From the NCBI RefSeq assembly GCF_021869535.1, contig NW_026262581.1, positions 15,686,001 through 15,750,000 of the forward strand: a DNA stretch of 64,000 nt. The letters are read 5' to 3'. The translations under genes were made by a program, and so were the position numbers. Within the stretch, counting starts at the first letter, position 1; each line of letters starts with the position of its first letter. The notes below the pieces were generated by a model. That model was not told where the DNA came from and searched no databases. It saw only the letters and a program-made list of their open reading frames with translations. This document shows, piece by piece, positions 1 through 13,921 of the stretch. The DNA comes from Mytilus californianus. Lineage: Eukaryota.

Positions 1-1270
1 CAATATACCGTTGTTTGTAAGGACACTTATGTAGTTTAGGTATCCAATACAGTGATGGAAGATCCAGATCTTCATCTTTGATTGAAATTCCAAAGGAACA
101 TAGAACAGACCTATGATTATCCAGGATTTTCTCTTTGGTAAGTGTCGTGAGGGTATATGTTGAGTTTCCAAATGAATTGTCAATACCTAATTCATTTATC
201 AAGCAGTTTATGTAATGATATTTACACACAAAAACGATGTTGTTTGGGGCTTTATCTGCGGGGACAACAACATATTTGTTATGGAGGTAGGACGACCTTA
301 AAGCCTTAATCCATTCGGAAAGAGTATCTACGTCTACTTTCTCGCGTTTAGCCCATTGCCTGGCATAATCCTCGACTGAATCCATCAGTATTTTGAAGTT
401 GTATTTCCAGTTGATGGATTTAGGCTCACGATATTTCGGACCTTTGGATAACAAATTTCGCAGGGAAGTGATATTGACAATGTTGAGGTCTCCGGTAATA
501 ACGTGACCAGCCGGATTATATGTGAATTGGGAACTAGCACAGGTGCAATCAGGAGGTTTAGACTTGAAGTTGTCAATGTTGAGATCCTGCAAAACGTGTT
601 TGTAATTGAAAATTTTAGTTGCAATTGGTTTGGTATAGGTATAAGAAATTATTGGTACAGACTGATCTTTAAAATAAGGAGGTATTTTCGACTGAACTAA
701 TTTATGATGAAGGATATTGCCTCAGTTGACGCCATCGAGACCTTTGTTGGCAAAGGAAAGTTTAAGAAAAGATCTTTTCTCTTTTTCATCTTTTCCAATG
801 CGAACTGGCTTGAAAAGTTCCGAAATGATAGCTGTAAGTTTGTATTGGTTTCAATGAGGGTTTGTAACAGTGGTTTCCAAACATAAATTGAACAGAGAAT
901 GAAGTTTTAAAAGGGGTAATGAATAAAGTTTCGTGCGAATGTGATGAATACCTAACCGCTTTTGTATAAATGGCAGCAAGTCATTAATAGAGACATCATA
1001 CAAAGTAGGTGATGTATAATGACGATGACCATGACTGCGTCTACGTCGAGGAGTAGAGTTGAAAATATTCATCACATTCACCGAGCTACAGGAAGGACTA
1101 GATAGAATACCTATACCATCAATTTTGTCATTGCAACCATATGGTGTTCTAACAGACCCACAGCATGGATTAAGAAAATTGCGTTCCTGCGAAACAGATT
1201 GAAAGAATTAGAATTATCGTAGACACAAATATCTTGTTTTAGGAATATATCATACTTTGTTAGAAATTAA
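1..1270 (-). mobile_element. Penelope-like retroelement fragment (probably Naiad-type), region N-terminal to the RT core, decayed
   Basis: The reverse complement of 60-210 closely matches 57708-57860 (LINELGI.NS.GNSTYT.TTLTKE.ILDNHRSVLCSFGIS.KDE). Frameshifted ORF pieces at 385-624 and 851-1081. Clade assignment is from recall of the family, not a search. Confidence 0.7.
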
Positions 1271-1319
1271 AAAAAAGCATTCTATTTCAAACAAAAAAAA
1301 TCTCTGACATTGACATCAC

Positions 1320-1760
1320 CATGATGCTTGATTTTTTATTGACAACATGTTCGTTTTGTCTTAAAGACGTATGTTTCAATAAACAATCAGCATTCGCATG
1401 GAAACCATCTTTGCCACTCTTCTTGCCGACTTGTTGCTTTATTCATATGGATAAGGAGCTTCTCAGAAAGAATAAAATGAAGTGTGGATTATCCTTTAAC
1501 TTCACATTCCGCTATTAAAGATGATGTCCTCTTGCTAATCAACGCATAATGAACGCATCTGACACATCAAACTTTCAATAAAGGATACCATAGAAATGGT
1601 CTGCCTAATATCTCAACTGCCATCTAGAAATTGACAATGAGGGTCGGTTGATAACAACACTTTACTACAAAAGGAATAATTTCAGCTAGCCCAGGGTGAA
1701 CTTTGCATTTCTAAGTTTCAACATTCTAGCAGCGCTTGTATATGGACTATCTATCCCCGG
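1320..1760 (+). mobile_element. Penelope-like RT C-terminal fragment, decayed
   Basis: Homologous to 58270-58680: GIPM-like, FNFTFRY, LDI.NEGRL, NFAFLS.NI..A..YG segments, with frameshifts. Confidence 0.7.
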
Positions 1761-4700
1761 CTTAGTATATTTCTCGGATTTTGATTGGCTAGTGATCGTC
1801 GTTATAAAACCCATAGACCCGGGTGCTGCTAACCCTCATTATCTTCTCATTACCAATCCATTACAATCCAGTCACGTCTCAGTCATTACAACTGAACGGA
1901 CGTGCTGGGTCAGCTCTCCTTTACCCGCTATCTTCGATGAGGGTTTACAGTTACATGGATCAACGACTTACTACTTTCGATGACAGAAACCAATCCAACT
2001 CTGTACAGACTACGTTAGGCTATAATCCGCGTAGGGCAAATTCCCGCGTCAACATACACTCCAAAACCCATTATGGATTGGGGAGTGGTATGCCGAGTGA
2101 CGTCCGAGGGCTGTATCCTAGGTGTTAGATGATGGACCACCATTTCACTGTCTCACGACTTTGGTCCTGATAATGCTTCCTGTCATCGTTAATACTACGT
2201 CCGAGACTCATCTACCAGTACTCCATCATCGAGGTTAGCGGGCTGCCAAGCTGACCAATCTGGCCCTGAAAGCAGCCGTTGTGAAGACATAACATCAAAA
2301 TAGTCAACAAAAGAAAAACCAAAACAACTCACAAAACCAAGATGGCGGCCTACCCAAATGGCGTCCACCACCTGTTCCTGACCGATGGCACAAAATTATT
2401 TAAACGCTCACCAAACGCCTTCGGGCACCGAGCCGACCGTGCGAGGGATGTATATCCAGTCAAGGTCGTTAAAAACTTCCATTTGTGTTCTGCTAATCCA
2501 TATACCCGGGCGTTTCTACCACATATGCCAGGGAAGTTCACGCTCGTTTTTCTTAGTTTCGTGGTTGTTCCCAGTGAACAATTGAATATTGTAGATTATC
2601 CATGATGTCTGTAATTAAATATGTTATCCACTAAGGATTTTATTCTTATATGCCGGTCATTGGGATCCATTCTAGGAAATCAATTGGCTACCACGTCGTC
2701 AATGAACGGGACTACTGACCTAGTTATGCAAATGACCCCCGTTGACGTCACACCGTCTATGACATAACTCTTGCGACGTTGAGCGCCACATTTGATTTAT
2801 TTTAGTATCGCTGTCTCTTGATTTAAAACATCTTATATTTGACTACCTGTAGGTATAACCCTACACTCCGTAAAAATATGTCAAATAATTTTTTTAAATA
2901 ATAAAATAAAATTCGTTGCTTTCACGTTACACTTTGTTCCCGAATTTCCCTAAAAATTAACCGATTCGAACTAAGACCGGGGATAAATTCGTTATATGGG
3001 TATTTTAACACCCTTCAGTACTTCTAGTCGTAACCACAATCCTGTTCTCTTTTCCTCGATTGTGACATCACCGAATAAAACTTATCAGCGAATTTGTACT
3101 CACCATGACAGGCGCCACTAGTAGATCTGTTGATCTCGTTACCCTACCGAAGCATCCGAGATTATCCCCGGTTTTTGGTGATCATTTTTTTTATTTTCCA
3201 TGACTTGTTTTGTGGACTTGTTTGCCTATTCGTCTTCTATAGTTTTATTTTTTTGCCATTATGTAGTCAGTTTCTCTTCGATATATGGAAGACAGGCGGA
3301 AGATACCAAAGGGATAGTCAAACTCATAAGTCGAATGCAAACTGACAATGCCATGGCATCTCTTGCTATACATGCATTAACCGCCATGCGAATCCATATT
3401 CAATCAAAATGTCACAATCGGGAATAGGAAAAACTCGGTAAAATTACAGATCAGACGACTATTCTGGTATCTAAAGATATAAGACCGCAAAATAATTGTC
3501 ACCAGTGTGTTAAGACACTGACACATCGTATCGGTCACACAATTTGTAATCTGGTAATGGTGACCGTCAAAACTCATCAAAGATACCAGGCTAATTATTT
3601 TATGTACGCCAGTCTACACAAGACTCATCAGTAGCGCTCGAATCAAAACAGTTGAAAGGCCAAATAAAATACAAAATTGAGGCTAAATGCGGCTAAGGCA
3701 ATCTATTCCTAAGTATAGACATAGCAAGATCTTAATTAGTGTTTCGAATAATTCGACATTTAATAAACAGAAAATGAACATATTAATGTTATTTCATGTC
3801 AACACAAAAGTGCTAACTACTGTGGGCCGAAAAAATTAAGTGGTGTTGATTTCAGTCGTTCTTCCTAATAACTCTGTTAGAGCAGTTTTTGTGTAAGGAG
3901 CACATCCCTGAAAACATTATGTAATATTAGATGACAAACACTCATCATCATCTGTGGTAACATGACGCATCTCTACTGGAACAGTTCTGGGTACACTGCT
4001 GTTTCTTGTTTTCATGAATAACATGCCAAAAAATATTTCAACTACCAGCTTTTTCTAGACTATTGCGTCTTGTATCGTTATATTAACACACTATAACGAT
4101 GTGAAAACACCTGACTTATAAAATATTTAATTCTGATAAATGCTATGTCATCCACATCACACAGTAGATAAAATATACATTTTTATTGAATTATCTATGA
4201 TAAACGACAAGCACTTGAAGATACAAATACTTGGGGCCAAACTTTCAGCACCAACCGATCATGTATCAATCACATTTGCAATGGCGCAAAGAAAACAAAT
4301 TCCACCTGAACATTTCTGTTAACATTGCAGCTGCTGTAACAATTGCAAGCCCAATATAAAACCAACTAACTCAGACCATACGTAGTATTTGTAGAAACAA
4401 TATGAAACCCACGCACAATACAGAACATAGGCAAACTTGAATATATCCCTCTCATGCAAAGCAAAATATTCCTTGCCCGGCTTTGGCTATACTTTTTGTC
4501 CTTTTTGGTTTATTAGCTCTTCCATTTTTTAACAAGTTTAGGGTTTTCTAATATTTTGGACTCAATTTATTGTCAACATGGGCATCATGTACAGAAAAAT
4601 TGGTACCGTTAATGTTATTAAACACGTTCAGCAAAAACAAGCTGATTGGCAAATGGTGACTAGTCTACCTACGGTAGCATTTCCTCAATGATGTGAGGCC

Positions 4701-5049
4701 TAAAATTGCTGACACTTCAACAAAAGAACTCACTATGAAAGTTGTTTTGATGTTTGATGCATAATTGCTTCACCTAGTTGCCATCGAATAGCAATATAAG
4801 AATACCACAACCAGATATCTTGTGAATATTTTCATCCCCCTCTGTTCCTGTTTTAATAGTGGGAACAGTCCTGTTGCTCACAGCTGGTCTAATTCCAGAT
4901 ATGAGTCCCATTTAGTGATGCCATTAACATGGAAGCAACTGTGAATTGGATTGTGTTTTTTGCCTTGCACATACTGATTTTGTGTATCCTTTCTTTTCTA
5001 TTAGAGAAGAAATATCCTGCAATATTCTTGCTACAGAAAATAAATGGGG

Positions 5050-5468
5050 AATGTGTTCATGGGACACAGATGATGCCCTGCTTGCATTTACATGTAACGT
5101 TATAAAGGGACATAACTCAAGGACGGTAAAAGTGACGCTATCCAAATTCGTACTTCTTCTGAGTTTTGTGATAATAAGCATTGTGTATAAGTTTCATAAC
5201 ATTTGGTTGAGGCAAACTTGAGCTAGAGAACAGAAACGAAAATTTCAGCAGTTTTCCATTTTTAGCGGGACATAACTTTAGAACGGTAAAAGTGATGCCA
5301 CCAAAATTCAAACTTGATCTGCGTTTTGTGGTAATAAGCATTGTGATTAAGTTTCATAACATATGGTTGAGGAAAACTAAAGTTAGAGAACGGAAACCAA
5401 TTTTGGGACGTACAGACGGACAAGGAGAAAACTGAATGCCCCTCCGCTACGGCGGGGGCTTACAAAAA
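5050..5468 (+). mobile_element. Non-autonomous Helentron/pearl-like element: 2 tandem ~170-bp cores, ACAG/ACGG motif, 3' hairpin
   Basis: The unit cataact..aggacggtaaaagtga...ataagcattgtg..taagtttcataaca is repeated at ~5110 and ~5270. It ends in the palindrome cccctccgctacggcgggg followed by an A-run. Confidence 0.55.
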
Positions 5469-5814
5469 AGAATTTAAAAAACACAAAGCTGTGTACAATT
5501 TTATATGATGTGCCTTTATAAGGGGTGTTCCATGAAAATATGTATGAGACCAAAGAAAGACAATCTGAATTTAACACTATGGGTGGATGTGACAACACGT
5601 TTAAAATGTAAGAAGATCTCTAAAATTAATTATATTGGTGGTAAGTCAATGTTAAAGTGCCTTCCTTGGGTACCATGTATGTCAAACTAAACAGCCATCA
5701 GAAGTTTTCTTCAATAAGTTTAATCTTTACTGGTATTTTCTATGAGAAATTTTCTTCAAATGGCATAACTAATATGATAGAAAATAGCAGTTTTAAGGGA
5801 GCACACTCAGTAAT

Positions 5815-6600
5815 AAAATTGAGAATGGAAATGGGGAATATGTCAAAGAGACGACAACCCGACCAAAGAGCAAACAACAGCCGAAGGCCACCAATGGGTC
5901 TTCAATGCAGCGAGAAAAACCCGCACCGGCAGGTGGTCCTCAGCTGGCCCCTAACTAAAATTGTGTGCTAGTTCAGTGAAAATGAACGTCACACTAAACT
6001 CCAAAACATATAAATGAACTAAAAATAAAAAACATACTAGACTAACAAAGGCCAGAGGCTCCTGACTTGGGACAGGGGCAAAAATGTGGCTGGGTTAAAC
6101 ATGTTTTGTGAGATCTCAACCCTCCCCCTATACCTCTAGCCAATGTAGAATAAAGAAACACATAGCAATACGCACAGTAAAACTCAGTTTAAAAGAAGTC
6201 TGAGTCCGATGTCAGAATAGGTAACAAAAGACACTAAGCAAAATGATAATGATACATAAATGAACAAAGGACTACTAGCAGTTACTGACATACCAGCTCC
6301 AGGCCTCAATTAAACTGATTGAAAGATTATGTCTTCATCATATGAAAATCAAGTGCAATCCCTCCCATTAGGTGTTTAGTATCATACCATCATAAAATAT
6401 ATGAGAAGAACATAACCTGTATCATGCCAACAACTGGTTATAGAATAAATGTGTTTATTTCCGATGCAAAGACCCTATGAGTGAATCAATATTAATACCA
6501 AAATATGCAATCCTTAATGACTTGACAACAGTATCGTAACTATATCCTTTCCGAATAAGTCTGTTTAAAGGTTTGGTTAGCTTTTGTTGTGAATGCCGAT
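5815..6600 (+). repeat. Dispersed ~0.6-0.8 kb repeat (copy 1)
   Basis: Long collinear similarity to 32690-33293 (gtcaaagagac.acaacccgacc...gtcacactaaactcc...gtgagatctcaac...aaaagaagtc.gagtccgatgt). Confidence 0.8.
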
Positions 6601-7171
6601 ATTTTTGTGATGTCCATTTTGAAAATAGTTTAATTCATTTGCTTATGTTGTCAATAAATATGTGCATCATGAATAGATAAAATTTATGCTTTTACCTTTG
6701 TTAACGTAATGACTTTAAAGAATATATTATAAATGTGGTCCATATGACCTTCAAGACTTTACCATGTTCACTAAATAATTATAAGGAAAACAATGCTAAG
6801 AAAATATTTCCTTTTTATTATCACAGACAATCATCTAAATATATATAAACACTCATTCATACTGTACAATTCAACATTTTCTGATAACATCCATTTCAAT
6901 CACCAATCAACTTCTTACTGTCATGATTAATTTTTATCAAAAAAGTTTAAATCATTTCATTAATCTAACAAAGACAATGGAATATATAATGCACTGCATT
7001 ATAATTGCTGCAATCAAAAACAACAATTTTATTCTGATCTGGGCAATAAAACTGTCAAATCCAATATCATATTCAAAACTAGTTATACTGATGCCACAAT
7101 CTTTAACATGTAAATGCTTTCAAGTTCGTTAATTTTTCCTGAGAATTTATCTAGTATCATCTCTAATGTCT

Positions 7172-7249
7172 CTATTCCCCCTTGAACACTGGTGCTCTCT
7201 TCTCTATGAAGGACTTCATCCCTTCAATTCTATCTTTTGTTGGTATGAC
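7172..7249 (-). CDS. AUH: AUH exon 9 ([25 protein letters not shown])
   Basis: tttgtag acceptor, 78 nt, TAG stop. Confidence 0.93.
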   Translation of the reverse strand, partial: VIPTKDRIEGMKSFIEKRAPVFKGE

Positions 7250-10200
7250 CTACAAAGTTAGAAGAAATAATTTCAAAATTCTTATGCTGTTAGTTAAAAA
7301 CTTTTCCTTAAAAGTCCATTTTCCTTTTGAATAAACAAATGTTTCTGCCTCTAAAAACATCATTTTGACTAGTCCTCTATAGATAGGACACCATATTCTC
7401 GACAAGATTCTATGTGCAGAATATGCCTATTTTCTACACTTGATCACCACTATTGTAAAGGAGTAATAATTTAGACAAACAGAACACCACTCAAGCATTA
7501 TCATATTTAGAATAGAAAGGAGAAATGTGCACACTTTAAAATGTCTGAAGAACTTGCATTAATGTCATTTCACTTAGAAATATCTAATTCTGAAATCTTT
7601 AAATGTTTTAAACTTTTAAAAATACAATCATTTAAAATTTATCTTACAATAACAACATAATTATCAGTACATGTATGGAAAATACATCAAAGAATGCATT
7701 ACTACAGAAAAAATGGAAAGTTTGAAGATTATAATTTAATGAATTTTCGTCATCTTTGTTGAAAACAATGTGTCATCAATTCAAATGGTTGGGATTGCAT
7801 TACTTATGATTTGTAATTGAAAAGATCATATGAAAGGGGGTCATCTTTTGGATGCTAGTTAAGAAAAGTGATATCCAAAATTTCAACAAATTAGAAAGAT
7901 TTAAATACTTTTCTCAAAAATCAAAGATTTTCTGTGACCAAATAATTCAATGCTTATAAGATTTTTGGTGTGTGTCATTATAAAATATATAAATTTAATA
8001 ATTACCTGAGCATAACCACATTCTTCAAAAGCCATACCACTTGTGAGATCCACCTGTAATTATACAAGAAGAAAATGCAATAAACTGTAACCATGTCTTG
8101 TACTTTGTAAATTAAAATATTTTTGAAGTTCTGGAAAGATCATTTTGATCTGCATTAGGTTCTAAAATATATGCAGCATATAAACAAGGGATTAAAAATG
8201 AAAAAGTTTTTTAAATGCTACATATTCGCTACTACAGGTTATCCACAATTTTGCATGAGTTCATAAAACAAGCCTTTTTCACATAATAACTCTATTTCTA
8301 AATGAAAGTCATACAGGTGTTATACCACCAAATCATAGTACGTTGCATCCGGTTTCATATGGAAAAGGGTCGAACAAAAATATAAAATATTCCCTTGAAT
8401 TTGACTGTTGTAGGAAATTAGTCCTACATTTCATTGCAGTAAAAAATTTCTGAGTCATACACATATATCTTGGGTGTTTCAAAGCACCACTCTTTTTTTA
8501 TTTGGTGTTTCTATAAAATATTTTGGTAACTTGAGGTTACATGGTTACTAAAGCTTGTAAACAGGAAAATAGGGGGGGGATTTGATTGGTTAACTTCCAG
8601 TGACGGTTATTATCTTATATGCAATGAAATGTCATGTGAAATTTTGTCTGTAGTACTGAACAGGATAAAGCTTTACTCATGCCAAGTATTTCTTTATTTG
8701 AAACAAAGAAAAATTCTACACAATTTTTTTGAAAAGTGCCAATTTAACAAAGACTAATAGGGGAAAAACAATGGTGGTACTACTGCTATTAAGGGAAGAT
8801 GCACATGCACCTTTGACCTTGTATGTACTATCATTTCTTAAAATTTCATGCTATTTCAGTGGAATATTGCAAAAATGAAATATTCTGAGTGGATTGAATC
8901 TCAAAAACACATTTTAAGAGAAAATTGCCTTGAAATAATGCTCGGCCATGAATATTAGTAGGCAGAGCAAGCCATACTCAAGTGTTTTGGGGAGCTTCTT
9001 CCTACTTTTCCTCCTTATTTCCTATATTTTGCTATAAAAGAAAACTTTTTCCTAAGTAAAACTTGAAGAAATATAGTTATAAGTTAATGAAATTATTTTT
9101 GAAGTAGTAACAACAAATTATTCACTATGAGGGAAATATTGTATATCCCTCTCTGTAGCGCGGCATAAACTTAAGTTTTACGTGAGGACTTATTGAAACC
9201 TCCATGGAGTCAGTAAACTTTTATATTGAAAGTTTATTCAGCCTGAACACTTCAATTACTCATTTATTATCACTTTTCTTGCATAAATGTGTGATAGTTA
9301 CCCCTAAATTTTGATTTATTGGCCTAAAAAGTTGAAATTTTGAGGAAATGAGAGATATAAATGGACCAAAAGGGACCTTACAATGAAGACAAAGAGGTCC
9401 ATTTGTTGTATTTATCACCTTAGGGTCATCTTTTGTGTCATATTCAACTGTTGGTATGCAGATGAGATGAATATTTGATCATTTATCATGTTTATTGGTC
9501 CACACTGTATTCTATCATGATGCGGTGTGATTTGGATTTTTAGAAGAAATTTTGCAGTAGATGTCGTCTTAAATTATACTAAATTTCTCTCAAACAATTG
9601 AACTGATTATGACAAAACTTGACAGTAATGCTTGAAATAACCAGTATTACAAAGGGAAAAAAATCACATTCAGTTTATTCAACAAAAAAGTCTTCTTTAT
9701 ACAAAGCTATCCGAAAAAGGCAAACAAAATTAGAAATAAACATTATCAAATGTTATATATTAAAGAACCTTTTTTCTTAAATCGTATCAAAATTATATTG
9801 TAACAATAAAATAAGAAATGTATATATTGTAGATATCACACATAAGAACCTGAATTGCTCACCTGGCAAAAATTTGAAATTTTGCAATTTATTTGGACTT
9901 TTCTTCTGCTGAATTTTTATCACAGACAATTTATCTATTTTCTTATATACAGCTTTTTGAAAGCCTTCAAAAGGAATAAATACCATTAAATTATTTTAAT
10001 CCAGGATCACACTGACTGATAGTTTTAGTCATGTGACATATTTAAACATCCTGCCTTCATGGTAATTTTGGCTGCTTACAGTTTCTGTCTATCTATTATG
10101 GTTTCCAAGATAGAAGGAAAAACAGTTTTTAAATTGGTCAAAAATTTAACTTTTTTGTAGATTGCTGATTATATTTTTTGCTCACAGTTGGTAACAATAT

Positions 10201-13200
10201 AATATAGTTTTCAAGGTAGTATGCAAAAAGGCTATAATTGGTTAAATTTTGCAATTTAGAGGAAATAACTCCTATAAGAAGATTTTTCAAAAGTTTACAA
10301 AGCCCATCAAATAATGGAAGTAACTCACATAGCCCAATGGACCAGATGAGTTCATAAATTAGGCCAATAGAAATATAAAGCAAGACACAAAGAAATTATA
10401 CTTCAGATATAAAATACACTATGGATAAAATAAACTTAATCTAGCTTAAACAACCATTGGACATTTTAAAGTGAACAACAAATAATCAATCAATCAATCA
10501 AACAATCCATCCAAAACAATTATTTATATCAGCCTGAATAGAACCAATAATATCTTACTAAAAAAAAATTCCTCAATTAGAATAAAATGTATGTAAACAG
10601 TACAAACATTCACCAAATCTAGGTGCAAGAGAAGTAAAATGAATTTATTCATACTTACATCAGAACCCTTGCTTATAGCCATTTTTGCCATTCTCAGTGC
10701 TACTGGTCCCTGAAATTTGAGGTAAATAAATTACTACATGTATAAGAAAAATATTTCTTGTGAACCTATTTCTATGAACATAATGAATATTTGAATAATT
10801 GAGTATATGACAACTGGAAATATTATGTAATTTTTTTGGTCCACCTTGTTCCAAAAAGGTGTTTATTTTTGCTGATCTAAATCATTAACAATTAACCATG
10901 ATTAGGATAATCCTAGCAGACAACATTTTCACACTAAAGTTGTAAACTAGATATTCGTAATATTGATGCAATATACCTTCTATTACATAGAAAATGTTTA
11001 ATGACAGTAATGTCTTGTTTACTTGATAATAATGTAAGGCCAAATAAAAATACATGTGTGGTTCCAGTTACATCCTGAAAAAAAATAAGGTCAGTAGGTC
11101 AGCATTTTTTTTTTTGTTAAATTTTTTCCATTCCAGTATCATAAACACCCTTACTGTAAGTTTGCAATCTTCTATATGTTTGGTTGTAAAATAAACAGAC
11201 AAGTTACATTTTTAGTTAATTTTGTTGCATTCTGTTACGAATTTGTAGCATTTTTTGTCGTGGTGGATACTTCTAATGGAAATTCAGATGACAGAAGTCT
11301 GTGTATCTAATTATTGAAATTCACAATCCACCAAATAGGATCGTTCCAAAATTTATTTTTCAAAAGTGAAAAAAAAAGTTCAAGGGTCGAACCGGGTAAC
11401 TGGAACCACACATATATTTTTATTTGGCCTAAATAATCTGAAGCTGTTTTGAACTGCTTGTTATCTTGACACTAAGTTGAACTTGAGAATGTGTTTCTCT
11501 AATTTTAAAATGACTAGCAATTATGACATAAATGGCAAATAAAACAAAAAGAAAAAGGGATTTTAAACTAGAATCAATTTATAGTATCTTTGTTTCGAAA
11601 AATTCACCTATAAATGGTTGTTTTTAGGGCCTTTCTATCTTCCAAAGCATTAATAACTGATTTTGATCAAATTTATATGGCGTTGAAGATTAATGGTTTT
11701 AAGGTAGCATAGAGTAATATTCATATCTACAATCTAATTTTTAATTTTTTTTATTGCGGTGTTCAAAATATAATTTTTTTTTCATTTTTAAGGCAAATTT
11801 TTGTAATCCTAAACTGATCATGACAGATATCATTTTTACAGGTATTGTATTAGTACTATTACTAAATAATAGTGACCAAACTAGCAAGCATATTGCCAAA
11901 ACTAATGGCATAGATACTTAAATATAACAGCTATAAAGATTACCCAAATATTTCAATTCACTTGTGCATAATTATTTTTATAGACATTGGAAATATTTGG
12001 AACTACATTTCAGTGTAAGTAGATTAAGTTCCAATCATTCCAAAAAAACAGTACTTACATTTGGTGTAATTTCTAGAGCTAATTCTACAGCTCTTTGGTA
12101 AGCAGCATCCCCAGCATCATTTTGATCTACCGAGTGATTAACTACTCCCAGTTTAGCAGCTTCATGACCATCAAACATTCTGGCAGTAAATATTAATTCC
12201 TTAGCAAGTGCAGGTCCAACAACTCTAGTTAACCTCTGGGTTCCTCCTGAAATGTGAAAAATGTGAAATGTGTGGCAGCCAATCAAACATATATATCAAT
12301 TCAAGTAAAGTATAAATCTATTTATTATTTACTACATGAAATCAATTCTTTACAAATGTTTTATTCAAATATTGAAAAGGATATACATTACACTTGTTTA
12401 AAAAGTCTCTCACTTTTGTAAATATTATTCTAGCAGGTTTGTTTTCTTCATTTGAATAAAAAATGATTTCTTGTTAATAAGTAAACTTGAAAATGTCAAC
12501 TATTCATAATTTTCTAAAACAGCGATTGGATTGTCTCCCTCTATATTTTTGAGAGAAAAAATATGTGGAATCAACTTTGATATCAGTATAGAGCTTGCAA
12601 TGGCAATCATGAGGGTAGAAATCTGCACTTTTTATTTGGGGTCATATGCTATCTAAGACAGCAAAAGACTCTTTCATTAATATAATCACATAGGATTTAC
12701 ATTGAATATGCTAGAGTATTTCGTGAATTGAATAAATTGTCTTCATTTAAGCTTTTTTTTTCATTTAAGGAATGTTGAAGGTTGGTGGTAGATGATGAAA
12801 ATGTTATTTTATACTTTCTGAAAATCCTTTATACAACAATGGGTTGATTTAATGACATTAATTTAGAATCCTAACTAAGGTTAAAATCCAAATTGGTGAC
12901 ACAGAGTCAGGTTGGATGGCTCACAAATATGTAAAAAAATATATTCTAATGCAGAGAAGTAAATAAGAACTGAATTAATTATTAGTGTTTAACACCACTT
13001 TCAGCATTGTTGGCTATATGCCAGTATATGGTGGTTGTCAGTTTATATTGTGGAAGAAACTAGAGTGCTCATAGAGAACCACCTACCTTCAGCAGAAAAA
13101 TTGATAAAATTAGTCAATTAAGATTGAAGTCAAAAGCACCTACCACAAGTGGGTTGGAAATCACAATCTCAGCTATGACATAGCTGAAACCACTAGCATA

Positions 13201-13857
13201 CACTACAAACAACTGGAAATCTTATGCACAGTTAAGGTAACAAGCATTCTGTGAGTATTGCATTGCAATACATAGTCCCCTACCGGTTAAAAATTCATTG
13301 TAATGGAATGAAATTCTAACTATAACTTGTCATGGTGTAAACTACATAAAAATATCAAGTCAAAATCTTTAAGCACGACGAAAAAAACTGTTGAAAACTG
13401 ATTATTTAAGTGAATTTTCTATGTCCAAAAACTATAACTCTGCACAAAATCATCAAACCGGAACAAAATTCCAACTTGATCTGTAACTTGTCACGATAAA
13501 ACTATATACTAATTATCAAATCAATATCTTCAAGAATGACAAACAAACTTCCACTAATTTCTTCAAACAATTTACCAAAGACAAGGAAAAAAATCCAAAA
13601 TGTCATTTGGTCTTTTAAATTTTTTTTTTTAAAATGAGTTATTTCTCTTTGAATAGAAATCTACTGATTAATAAGTATTTCATCAAAAATTTAATTCTAG
13701 GGAAAGGGCTTTAAATGAACAAAGAGAAAAGCTAAAATCGTGAAAATTGAACTTGACCTGTAACTTGTCATGATAAAACAATAAACCAAATATCAAATCA
13801 ATATCTTCAAGCACGAAGACAAAAAGTCTGGAAAACTGATTTGCCTAACTGACAGGC

Positions 13858-13921
<64 letters not shown>

